A stretch of 64,000 bases of DNA from Clostridium sp. CAG:710 (GCA_000432595.1 HF996867.1:72522-136521), one strand, 5' to 3'; counted from the first letter of the stretch, positions 8,471-18,580 are shown. Made by a program: numbers and translations. The notes: generated from the letters alone by a model not told the origin.

Positions 8471-10255
8471 ATGAATAATAACAATGTAGAAATAATAAAA
8501 CCAACTTTAAAAACTATATGTATAAAACAAAATAGAGAAATAAAATTAATACGTGCTTGTGCTTATTGTAGAGTTTCGACTGATAACGAAGATCAAAAAA
8601 CAAGTTATAAATCTCAACGAATACATTATAAAAATATGATTGAAGAAAATCCAAATTATGAGTTCGTAGGAATATATGCAGATGAAGGTATAACTGGTAC
8701 ACAAACTAAAAAAAGAGAACAATTTAATCAAATGATGAATGACACTATTAATGGAAAAATAGATTTAATAATTGCAAAATCTATTTCAAGATTTGCAAGA
8801 AATACTGTTGATACTTTAAATTGTGTAAGACTACTTAGAGAACATAAAGTTGATGTATTTTTCGAAAAAGAAAATATCCATACACTAGGTTTATCTAATG
8901 AATTGTTTTTAACTTTATATAGTGCATTTGCTCAAGCTGAGAGTGAATCTATATCAGAAAATGTTAAAGCCGGTGTTAGAATGAAAATGAAACGTGGTTG
9001 TATGGTTGGTAAATATGCACCATTTGGTTATTTATATGATAAAGAAAAAGATATAATATACCCAGATGAAAGCAAAAAAGATATTATTATCTATATCTTT
9101 GAAGAATACTCTAAAGGAATTGGTTTTAGAACTATTACACTTAATTTAAATGAACTTGGAATACCTAGTCCAACCGGTAGAAAATGGTGCCATGCATCGG
9201 TAAGAAGAATAATAACAAACGAAAAATATGTTGGCGATTTAAGAAGTGGTAAATATTATTCTGATAATGTAATATCTCATAAAAGAAAAGTTAATTATGG
9301 CGAGAAAGAACAATATTTTACCTCTAATCATCACGAGGCTATTGTATCTCGTGAGTTATGGAATAAGTGTCAAGAAATATTAGAAAAAAGAAGTAAGATA
9401 GTTAAACATGATGGCAATAGAGATAAATTCAGTAGAAAGTATCCGTTTAGTAGTAAAATCTATTGTGGTATATGTGGAGAAAGATTTATAAGACGTTCAT
9501 ATAAAATTAGAAGTAATAATAAAGAAATAGCTTATTGGGTTTGCAGAAGTCATAGAAATCAAATTGAGTGTTCTAATTTACTTCATTATAAACAAGAAGA
9601 ATTAGAAGATATATTTATTAAAGTTTATAATGAATTGTTTGAAAATAAAGATAAATATATTAATACTTTTATTAAGAAAATTGATGAAGTAATTAATGAA
9701 AATAACAACTTCAATTCGGATAAAATAAAAGAGGATATTTTAAATCTTCAAAATAGATTATCTAATTTAATTGACTTAAAATTAGATAATAAAATATCAC
9801 AAGAAATACTAAATAATAAAGAAATAGAAATAACTAATAAAATTAAAGAGTTAGAAAATAAACTTGCTGATAATAAAGATTTAGAATTATCTCGTAAAGA
9901 AAAGTTAGAACAAATAAATAATATTACAAAGATTTTAAAACAATATAAAGGATTAACTAAATTTAATGAAGATATATTTAATAATTTAGTAGATAGAATT
10001 ATTATTGGCGAAAAGTTAGATAATGGCAAAGAAGATTTATATAAAATAAAATTCATTCTTAAAACTGGCGAAATGATTAAAGACAATCTACCAAATAGCA
10101 AATTAAAAATTGGTAGTGATATGGGACATTATGGTTTTAGTATAAATAAGCAATCACTTGAAATAAAAGAAGATAATGTGTCTGCCTATGTATTACGTAA
10201 GAACTCTTACATAAACTCCACATCTCATAATTTTCCTCCTTTCCTCAAATTTTGA
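8471..10255 (+). CDS. Large serine recombinase, a different subfamily from the TnpX-like copies
   Basis: YCRVSTDNEDQ catalytic-Ser motif, SRFARNT, recombinase domain, zinc ribbon CGICGERF...WVCRSH, and a coiled-coil tail. Confidence 0.9.
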   Translation: MNNNNVEIIKPTLKTICIKQNREIKLIRACAYCRVSTDNEDQKTSYKSQRIHYKNMIEENPNYEFVGIYADEGITGTQTKKREQFNQMMNDTINGKIDLIIAKSISRFARNTVDTLNCVRLLREHKVDVFFEKENIHTLGLSNELFLTLYSAFAQAESESISENVKAGVRMKMKRGCMVGKYAPFGYLYDKEKDIIYPDESKKDIIIYIFEEYSKGIGFRTITLNLNELGIPSPTGRKWCHASVRRIITNEKYVGDLRSGKYYSDNVISHKRKVNYGEKEQYFTSNHHEAIVSRELWNKCQEILEKRSKIVKHDGNRDKFSRKYPFSSKIYCGICGERFIRRSYKIRSNNKEIAYWVCRSHRNQIECSNLLHYKQEELEDIFIKVYNELFENKDKYINTFIKKIDEVINENNNFNSDKIKEDILNLQNRLSNLIDLKLDNKISQEILNNKEIEITNKIKELENKLADNKDLELSRKEKLEQINNITKILKQYKGLTKFNEDIFNNLVDRIIIGEKLDNGKEDLYKIKFILKTGEMIKDNLPNSKLKIGSDMGHYGFSINKQSLEIKEDNVSAYVLRKNSYINSTSHNFPPFLKF

Positions 10256-10325
10256 GAAATATTAAATACCTCTCATATGTTTCCTCACTTAAATGCAAAA
10301 AGTGTACCCTAAATTTAAAAATTTC

Positions 10326-10592
10326 TTAAAAAGTTTTAATTTCTTTCAAATTATACTTTTCTTTACGCTCTTTAATGTAGAATAGTTTATTACTAATTTC
10401 ATTTACTTTATATTCAAATATAGTAATAGTAATGGGATATATAATTAGATACTCAGTTGGTTCAATAAACTGCAAATTAGTATTTAGAAGAACTTTAACT
10501 TTTCCTTTTTTAGTTTTATAAGTAAATTCTTTAATAAGTTCTAGTAGTTTAGGATTAGGTTTGAGTTCTTGGGTAATTTTAAATTCAAGCAT
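10326..10592 (-). CDS. Conserved small ORF found at element right ends (family of 3 in this window)
   Basis: Strong RBS GGAAGGAGGA precedes MLEFK. NTNLQFIEPTEYLIIY aligns with HTNLAYVEPHKVIINN (17485-17757) and GTNVAYVMPHIIVIKN (59547-59883). Confidence 0.45.
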   Translation of the reverse strand: MLEFKITQELKPNPKLLELIKEFTYKTKKGKVKVLLNTNLQFIEPTEYLIIYPITITIFEYKVNEISNKLFYIKERKEKYNLKEIKTF

Positions 10593-10678
10593 AAAAAATG
10601 TCCTCCTTCCTAGAAAGAGAACATTATCTTTATATTTGGTAGAACAAGCCTTCAAGCCTGACTACGGACAAAATAAAA

Positions 10679-10724
10679 ACTTACGAACTTTAATTAGTCC
10701 GTAAGTTGTCTTCAAATGGAGCGA
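10679..10724. repeat. Element-end module: hairpin plus CAAATGGAGCGA motif
   Basis: ACTTACG (10679-10685) pairs with CGTAAGT (10700-10706) after an A-run, followed by CAAATGGAGCGA (10713-10724). About 85 percent identical by eye to 62301-62350. Confidence 0.65.
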
Positions 10725-10948
10725 TAACTTTACTTATATTCGAAAAATTATACTCTCAAAGTTGTAACGATTAAATCAACTAAATAAATTATATATTATT
10801 TTAATAATAAAATCAATAGAAAAAAGCATAAAATGTATTGACTTTTTATAAAAATGGTATAAAATATAACAAAAGCGAAAAAAATATTTTAAAAAATGGT
10901 ATCATTTAGTTCGTTTTATGATATAATACTATTGAAAGGATGATTATT

Positions 10949-12271
10949 ATGATAAGATATGTTAAACTAGTTAATTATAAGTCACTTGTTAATCTATATG
11001 TTGACTTTATGAAAACTAAAACAAAACCTAAAAATCTAGTACTTATTTATGGTGAGAATGGAATAGGAAAATCAAATTTTGCAAATTCATTTTACACACT
11101 TAATGAGACAATGAGAACTATGTCTTCTATTGAAATGTTTAAAAAGATAATTGAAAAATCAGAAGCTAAACCTAATCAATATAAAAATTTTATTGAAAAA
11201 CATATAAAAGATAGATTTAAAGATGTCAAAATGATTATAAATGATTGTAAAACTATTGATTCAAACGGTAACATGCTAATGGAATATGGTTTTATTTGCA
11301 ATAAAAAAAATGGTATTTATCATATTGAGATGAATAATGAAGAAATTGTATCTGAAAAACTAGAATATGTTATTAATAAAAATCAAACTTATTTTTTTGA
11401 TATAGATAAAAATAATGTTAAAATTAATGCAAGCATTTTTACTGATAAAAATTATTATAATGAATTCCTCGAATTAATTGATAAATATTGGGGCAAGCAT
11501 TCTTTTCTTTCTATTTTGTCTTATGAGATTGAAGATAAGAAAAGAGAATATATGAATAAAAAAATTTCAAAAAGTTTGCATGATGTATTATTATATTTGA
11601 AAATGATGTGCACAAAAATTAAAGGTGGTAATCATAGCGAATTTGGCATCATAGGAACTCAACATATTTTAATGGATGATTTAGAAGAAGGCAAAATATC
11701 TATAAAATATGAAAAAGAACTTGATAAAAATGAGTATTTAATTAATGAAATATTTACTACTTTGTATACTGATATAAAAAATGTTTACTATAAAAGAACT
11801 ATTGAGGACAATTATATAAAATATAAACTTTTTAGTAAGAAAATGATATATGGAAAAATAATGGATGTAGATTTTTCTCTTGAATCTACAGGAACGCAAA
11901 ATATTTTAACATTAGTACCTTATCTAATATCTGCGTGTGAAGGTCAGACAGTAATAATTGATGAGTTGGATACTGGAATACATGATTTACTAGTAAAAAA
12001 CTTGTTAGAATGTATTGCGAGATATGTTAAAGGTCAACTAATTATTACTACACACAATACAATGCTAATAGATTCATCAATACCATCTGAAAATATTTAT
12101 ATTTTTAATGCAAATAGTAAAGCTGAAAAAGAACTAATTGCAATAACTGACTTCGAAGGAAGAATTCATAAAAATAATAGTCCGAGAAAAAGATATCTTA
12201 ATGGAGTATATGGTGGAATACCTATGTTTACTGATATAGATTTTGAGGAATTAATAGAAAATTTAAAATAA
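10949..12271 (+). CDS. ABC/OLD-type AAA ATPase (AbiLi-like)
   Basis: Walker A GENGIGKS near the N-terminus, Walker B VIIDELDTGIHD and ITTHNT near the C-terminus. The ATG at 10949 is better spaced from AAAGGA than the one at 10940. Confidence 0.75.
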   Translation: MIRYVKLVNYKSLVNLYVDFMKTKTKPKNLVLIYGENGIGKSNFANSFYTLNETMRTMSSIEMFKKIIEKSEAKPNQYKNFIEKHIKDRFKDVKMIINDCKTIDSNGNMLMEYGFICNKKNGIYHIEMNNEEIVSEKLEYVINKNQTYFFDIDKNNVKINASIFTDKNYYNEFLELIDKYWGKHSFLSILSYEIEDKKREYMNKKISKSLHDVLLYLKMMCTKIKGGNHSEFGIIGTQHILMDDLEEGKISIKYEKELDKNEYLINEIFTTLYTDIKNVYYKRTIEDNYIKYKLFSKKMIYGKIMDVDFSLESTGTQNILTLVPYLISACEGQTVIIDELDTGIHDLLVKNLLECIARYVKGQLIITTHNTMLIDSSIPSENIYIFNANSKAEKELIAITDFEGRIHKNNSPRKRYLNGVYGGIPMFTDIDFEELIENLK

Positions 12272-12285
12272 AGGATAAATGATTA

Positions 12286-12873
12286 ATGAAGTCGTTAAAT
12301 TATACAAAAGCAGTTGTAATTGTTCATGGCAAGTCTGAAAAACAAATTTGTCAATATATAAAAAATAAACTTAGATTAAAAATGGAAATATATAGTGATA
12401 AAAATGGTGAAAAAGCAATACAAATAACTAGTTTAAAAAATACACTTAATAATAAGATTTTTAAATCATTTAAGAATTTTATTAAAACATATGAAGATAT
12501 TAAATTAACTAATGACGAAAAAAATATAGACGATGAATTTAAAATATTCATTATTATGGATACTGATGATTGCACTGAAAAACAAAAAAAAGATTTTATT
12601 AATAAGGAAATATTTAAGGAACATTGGGCATATAAATATATTGTGCCTATATATAACATTCCAGAACTTGAATCAGTTTTAGAAATGGCAAAAATTCCGT
12701 TTACAAAAACAGGAGATAAAAGAAAAAAAGAATATATTAAATTATTTCCAACTGATCCAAGATATGAGAAAACTGATGAAATTCAGATTAAAGAATTACT
12801 AAATACTTTAAAAAAACAAAATAATACTAATTTAAATGAGTTTTTAGATTTTTGTCTAAAATCATCTAATTAA
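12286..12873 (+). CDS. RloB-like (Toprim-like) protein, partner of the ATPase (AbiLii-like)
   Basis: VVIVHGKSEKQ, IIMDTDD and IYNIPELESVL parallel the RloB pattern (CEGEKTE ... DRD ... NPCFE). It starts 14 nt after the ATPase stop. Confidence 0.6.
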   Translation: MKSLNYTKAVVIVHGKSEKQICQYIKNKLRLKMEIYSDKNGEKAIQITSLKNTLNNKIFKSFKNFIKTYEDIKLTNDEKNIDDEFKIFIIMDTDDCTEKQKKDFINKEIFKEHWAYKYIVPIYNIPELESVLEMAKIPFTKTGDKRKKEYIKLFPTDPRYEKTDEIQIKELLNTLKKQNNTNLNEFLDFCLKSSN

Positions 12874-13174
12874 TATACTTACAATACTTGATACTTTTAC
12901 CTCAATAATGACATTAATATTGCCTATTTGGATTTCAATAATTTTATTGTTAATAGTTGTTATAATTAAGTTAATGAATCAAATGGAGGAAAATATTATA
13001 AAAAATAATAGTGGTGTAAAAAACTGCGGTGTATGTAGGCAACCAAATTATTTATTATTGATGGTGTATTAAGTTTGTATAGATGCGCAGTTTGAGGTGC
13101 AAATCCTCAGCCTACACCTAATATTTGTTAAATAATAAAATATATGATATAATTTTAGTAGGAGGTAGATATTT

Positions 13175-13753
13175 ATGGATAATAAGTCGTCAGGAAGAGT
13201 AATGTTAGAAAGAGCAATAGAATCTGGAAAAGGAACTTTAAGATTATTTAGTGCATTTATTGAAGAAACTGTTTTAAAAGGGAAATCAATTAGTAAAATA
13301 GCAAATAGTACATATTTAGTTGCATTAAGTGAGTTAGCAAAGTCATATGCAAGTTTTGATTCTACAAGTGCTATAAATCAATTAGATAATTTCTTTGCTT
13401 TAGTTACAACTGTTTCAAGAGTTCAAAGCGGTATGCTTATGGAAGGAATAATTGATAAAGAATATAATTATACATATGGTCAAACTATTATAGAAAATTC
13501 AAAACCAATGAATAATTATCCTGGTGCAGTAGAAGATCATAATCAACAACTTTTAAGATTAAACCAACAACATGAAATAGATTTAGCATCATGTAAAAAG
13601 CAAATATATCCTGAATCATTGTTGAAATCAAAACGTGAGGCACCATTTGTTGCTAAAGATGGAGCAGAATATCCAACCATATTAGATTATGTAGCATATG
13701 TAACTAAATTACAAGAAGAGATGGAAAAGACATCTTCTGGTCCAAAAAAATAG
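13175..13753 (+). CDS. Hypothetical protein
   Basis: RBS GGAGG 8 nt upstream; 192 aa; no motif recognised. Convergent with the relaxase gene. Confidence 0.5.
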   Translation: MDNKSSGRVMLERAIESGKGTLRLFSAFIEETVLKGKSISKIANSTYLVALSELAKSYASFDSTSAINQLDNFFALVTTVSRVQSGMLMEGIIDKEYNYTYGQTIIENSKPMNNYPGAVEDHNQQLLRLNQQHEIDLASCKKQIYPESLLKSKREAPFVAKDGAEYPTILDYVAYVTKLQEEMEKTSSGPKK

Positions 13754-13770
13754 AAAAAGACAAAACTAGG

Positions 13771-15075
13771 TCATAAACTCCTAGAATTGTCTTTTTCTTT
13801 TTGTATGTCTTTATCAAAATTATTAATATTATCTTGCATAGATTTTGCTCTTTCTTTTATATCTTTACAATATTTGTCATACTTACGAAGTTTTTTAATT
13901 TTAGGTTGAATATCATTTATTTCAGCAAGTATTTTAGATTTATCTTCTTCATTTTTAACTTTATGATATTTTTTCCAAAGGCTTTCTCTTTTATCCATAA
14001 AAATTTTATATTCCTCATAATTGATTTTAGAAAAATGATTTAAGTCTTCTTCTGTTTCAATGTTATTCTTTTTCATAAATACTATTTGATTTGAATATTC
14101 ATCTAATTTTGTAATTTCTTTTCTAATTGAGTATGGTAGATATTGTTTAGGATGCTTCTTTGGAAATACGCCTAATAAATAACAATAGTATAAGTATAAG
14201 CCATAAATACCTTTATGCGATTTATTAGTCTTTAAGTATTCTTCAAAAATAGACTTTTGAGGTATAGGCTTAAATACAATTTGTCTTGATAAATATAATC
14301 TTTTGCTAATACCATCTTTAGAATATTCTTTACCAAATGCTTTTTCTATTCTAACCTTATCCTCATTATCTTTATAAATAGTTATAGTGTCATTTTTAGA
14401 GTATATTTTGTATCCTAACTCTCTCATTCTTTGAACAACTTGTTTAAGTGTTACTGAATAGCTAATAACATTATCTAAATCTTCTTTTAATATTCTATAA
14501 TAGTCATCACTTAATACTTTATTCTTGTAGGTGTTTTTGTAGCCTATATCTTCATCTAAAGTTGATAATCCATATTCAACACATAATGAGTCTGATATAT
14601 GTCTTAACTTAGCTAGATTAGTCCTATTGTTGTTATACTTTTTACCAGTTTTAAATGAAACAGAATTCACTATGAAATGATTATGAATATGATTAGTGTT
14701 TTGATGTGTTGCTACAACCACTTCAAAGTCCTTAAACATTTCTTCTGCAAACTTTACTCCAATCTCATGAGCAATATCAGAAGTAACTTCTCCTTCTTTA
14801 AAAGATTGATAACTATGAAACGCTAATATCCCATTTGTTTTTCCATATTCTTCTTTTGTAAAAAGCATATCTTCATAAGGATTTCTTTCAGAGCAGTTTA
14901 TTGAACTAACATAACATACTTTTTCGTTTTTATAATTGTTTTCTGTATTCTCAATTTCAAGATAACTATATAAGTTTTTTCCATAATCTTTATTGATGGT
15001 TTTTTCGGGATTAATGATATAATTTATTGACTGTTTTAAATTATTTTTAATACTCCAAATAGAAGTAGTCGCCAT
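13771..15075 (-). CDS. mob: MobA/VirD2-type relaxase (mobilisation nuclease)
   Basis: N-terminal MATTSIWSIKNNLKQSINYI and the histidine triad HQNTNHIHNHFIVN. Confidence 0.85.
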   Translation of the reverse strand: MATTSIWSIKNNLKQSINYIINPEKTINKDYGKNLYSYLEIENTENNYKNEKVCYVSSINCSERNPYEDMLFTKEEYGKTNGILAFHSYQSFKEGEVTSDIAHEIGVKFAEEMFKDFEVVVATHQNTNHIHNHFIVNSVSFKTGKKYNNNRTNLAKLRHISDSLCVEYGLSTLDEDIGYKNTYKNKVLSDDYYRILKEDLDNVISYSVTLKQVVQRMRELGYKIYSKNDTITIYKDNEDKVRIEKAFGKEYSKDGISKRLYLSRQIVFKPIPQKSIFEEYLKTNKSHKGIYGLYLYYCYLLGVFPKKHPKQYLPYSIRKEITKLDEYSNQIVFMKKNNIETEEDLNHFSKINYEEYKIFMDKRESLWKKYHKVKNEEDKSKILAEINDIQPKIKKLRKYDKYCKDIKERAKSMQDNINNFDKDIQKEKDNSRSL

Positions 15076-15102
15076 AATTAAGGTTTAGCCTTTCTATATA
15101 GT

Positions 15103-15129
15103 GGATTTTTGGGGTGGGAGTAAAAATCC
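15103..15129. promoter_or_regulatory. Candidate oriT hairpin upstream of the relaxase gene
   Basis: GGATTTTT (15103-15110) pairs with AAAAATCC (15122-15129) around the G-rich loop GGGGTGGGAGT. The core GTGGGAGTAAAA recurs in the 134-bp repeat. Confidence 0.3.
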
Positions 15130-15150
15130 GTTGCTTGCTTATAGAAAGAA

Positions 15151-15504
15151 TCAATCATAGATTAACTCTTTTAAAATAATTTCTTCAGTCATATTTCTAT
15201 AATTATTCATCAATTTAACCCATTCAATTTGATTATTATCTTTACTTTTTTCAGATAGTTTGTCGTCATTTTCAATATAGTTACTCATTAAAATATTGTA
15301 TCTTTTAGAGCATTCAATACTGACCGAAAGAAGATGATTTGTTAATTCATTTTTCATCAGTAATGACACATATAATCCTTTTTTATGATTTTTAATATAA
15401 TCTAATCTTAAATATCCATACTTATTAAGTTGTTTATAATTCTGTTTTTTAATTGTTAAATTTGGCAATAAATAGTCACCAATTTTTGTATATTCAATAT
15501 TCAT
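15151..15504 (-). CDS. tnpV: TnpV-family transposon protein
   Basis: GDYLLPNL..., LSEKSKDNNQIEWVKLMNNYRNMTEEIILKELIY. Lies directly downstream of the recombinase gene, as in Tn4451. Confidence 0.85.
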   Translation of the reverse strand: MNIEYTKIGDYLLPNLTIKKQNYKQLNKYGYLRLDYIKNHKKGLYVSLLMKNELTNHLLSVSIECSKRYNILMSNYIENDDKLSEKSKDNNQIEWVKLMNNYRNMTEEIILKELIYD

Positions 15505-15522
15505 AATTTTATTATTTCCTTT

Positions 15523-17364
<1,842 letters not shown>

Positions 17365-17377
17365 TTAGGGTAGTGAA

Positions 17378-17413
17378 AGGCACCAAAAAAGGTGTCACAT
17401 AACAAGGACACCT
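17378..17413. promoter_or_regulatory. Operator-like G(G/A)CACC half-sites upstream of tnpX
   Basis: AGGCACC (17378-17384), AGGTGTC (17390-17396) and GACACCT (17407-17413). The last two form a 7-bp inverted repeat just 5' of the tnpX RBS. Confidence 0.35.
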
Positions 17414-17484
17414 CTAGATTTTATTGATTATTTGTACGACAAAAACAACCAATATTATGGGAGTATCTAAACTCTCAAATCAAT

Positions 17485-17757
17485 TTAATGCCTTGCTATG
17501 TATTCTGATAATTCAGATAATGGAACTTTATTTTGTAAGTTTCCTAAATAAAAATATTTTTGTTCATTAAAGAACAAGTATAACTGGTTATTTATTATAA
17601 CCTTATGAGGTTCAACATACGCTAGATTAGTATGTTCAACAATTCGTAAGCAACCTTCGTAGATTTTATATTTCTGCTTACTAAATTTGCAAGACCAATC
17701 GATTTTGGTTTTGAGTTCATCACTCATATTGATTTTCTTCTTAATTATTTTAATCAT
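17485..17757 (-). CDS. Conserved small ORF at the element right end
   Basis: 90 aa with RBS AAAGGTG. Homologous to 10326-10592 and to the frameshifted 59547-59883. Confidence 0.45.
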   Translation of the reverse strand: MIKIIKKKINMSDELKTKIDWSCKFSKQKYKIYEGCLRIVEHTNLAYVEPHKVIINNQLYLFFNEQKYFYLGNLQNKVPLSELSEYIARH

Positions 17758-17789
17758 ATCACATCACACCTTTCTTTGCAATAACGCAC

Positions 17790-17814
17790 AAAAAAATCAA
17801 CTATTTCTAGTTGA
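17790..17814 (-). terminator. Rho-independent terminator downstream of tRNA-Gly
   Basis: TCAACTA-TTTC-TAGTTGA (17797-17814) with a T-run on the minus strand (17790-17796). A near copy lies at 59882-59906. Confidence 0.6.
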
Positions 17815-17855
17815 CTTAATCATTAACGTCACATTGGTGCGACGATTTTATCTTA

Positions 17856-17929
17856 TGGAGCGGACGATGGGAATCGGACCCACGTAGTTAGCTTGGAAGG
17901 CTAAGGTTCTACCATTAAACTACGTCCGC
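17856..17929 (-). tRNA. tRNA-Gly (anticodon UCC) with an unusual T-loop
   Basis: Hand-folded cloverleaf: acceptor GCGGACG/CGTCCGC, D-loop with GG, anticodon loop CTTCCAA, T-arm GTGGG-TCCGATT-CCCAT, encoded CCA. Position 55 is C rather than T. Confidence 0.85.
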
Positions 17930-17947
17930 ATCAAGTAGACATTTAAA

Positions 17948-17975
17948 ATTATAACATATATAAAATAGATGTCAA
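17948..17975 (-). promoter_or_regulatory. Sigma-A type promoter for tRNA-Gly
   Basis: On the minus strand: TTGACA (17970-17975), a 16-nt spacer, TATAAT (17948-17953), about 19 nt upstream of the tRNA 5' end. Confidence 0.45.
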
Positions 17976-18058
17976 TACTAAATTTTAAAAAATAACAAAA
18001 AAATTTGTTAAAAAGGTATATGTAAAATGTATTATCAAATTCTACCTACAAAGATAGT

Positions 18059-18580
18059 TTATCCCAAAATTCCATCAAATATACCGATTGATAAAATAGA
18101 CATAATAATACCAGCCATTAATACACCAATACAAGCAGCCAAGAAAGATTTCTTTTTATCCATTTCAAGCATTGCAGCAATAAGACATCCTGTCCAAGCA
18201 CCAGTTCCAGGTAATGGTATACCAACAAAAAGAACTAATCCCCAAAAACCATACTTTTCAATTTGTCCCTTTTTCTGTTCTACCTTTTTATCAAGCCAAA
18301 GTACAAATTTTTTGAAACGACCTACATTACTTGTACGCATCTTATCTATAATAGATTTAATTAACCAAAGTATAAAAGGAACAGGTAATATATTTCCGAT
18401 ATAACAAATTATAAAAGACACGACCGGATTCAAGCCAAGTGCTCTAGCTGCCAGTATTCCTCCACGAAGTTCCAAAATAGGTGCCATAGAAAGTAAAAAT
18501 GCAATCAACTCTCTTCCAAAAGGAATTGCCTTAATACCTCCCAAAACTCCTAATAAAAACGTTACTAATTTTTCTGTCAT
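18059..18580 (-). CDS. Small integral membrane protein (small multidrug-export-like family)
   Basis: 173 aa with 4-5 hydrophobic segments (PILELRGGI, GIPLPGTGAWTG). The family assignment is from memory. Confidence 0.5.
   Translation of the reverse strand: MTEKLVTFLLGVLGGIKAIPFGRELIAFLLSMAPILELRGGILAARALGLNPVVSFIICYIGNILPVPFILWLIKSIIDKMRTSNVGRFKKFVLWLDKKVEQKKGQIEKYGFWGLVLFVGIPLPGTGAWTGCLIAAMLEMDKKKSFLAACIGVLMAGIIMSILSIGIFDGILG

Larger units (their letters stand above)
963..10724. mobile_element. Composite decayed Tn4451-like element with a second serine-recombinase module nested in it; left boundary uncertain
   Basis: Order is Abi_C gene, 134-bp repeat, tnpV, frameshifted tnpX-like gene, cargo operon, 594-aa recombinase, conserved small ORF, hairpin, then the end motif at 10713-10724. 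The left limit rests only on a weak motif match, TCAATGGAGTA at 963-973. Confidence 0.4.

Noticed and set aside
10838-10905. Duplicated AAAAATGGTAT words upstream of the ATPase gene as a regulatory repeat
   Set aside because: Two 11-nt A/T-rich matches in AT-rich promoter DNA are plausibly chance. One probably just forms the extended -10 element.
13034-13116. Calling the tRNA-like fold a genuine tRNA gene
   Set aside because: Only the acceptor and T-arm are convincing. The D-loop lacks GG, the anticodon loop lacks U33, T-loop position 55 is G, and the 3' end is CTA rather than CCA. It is reported only as a structure worth testing.
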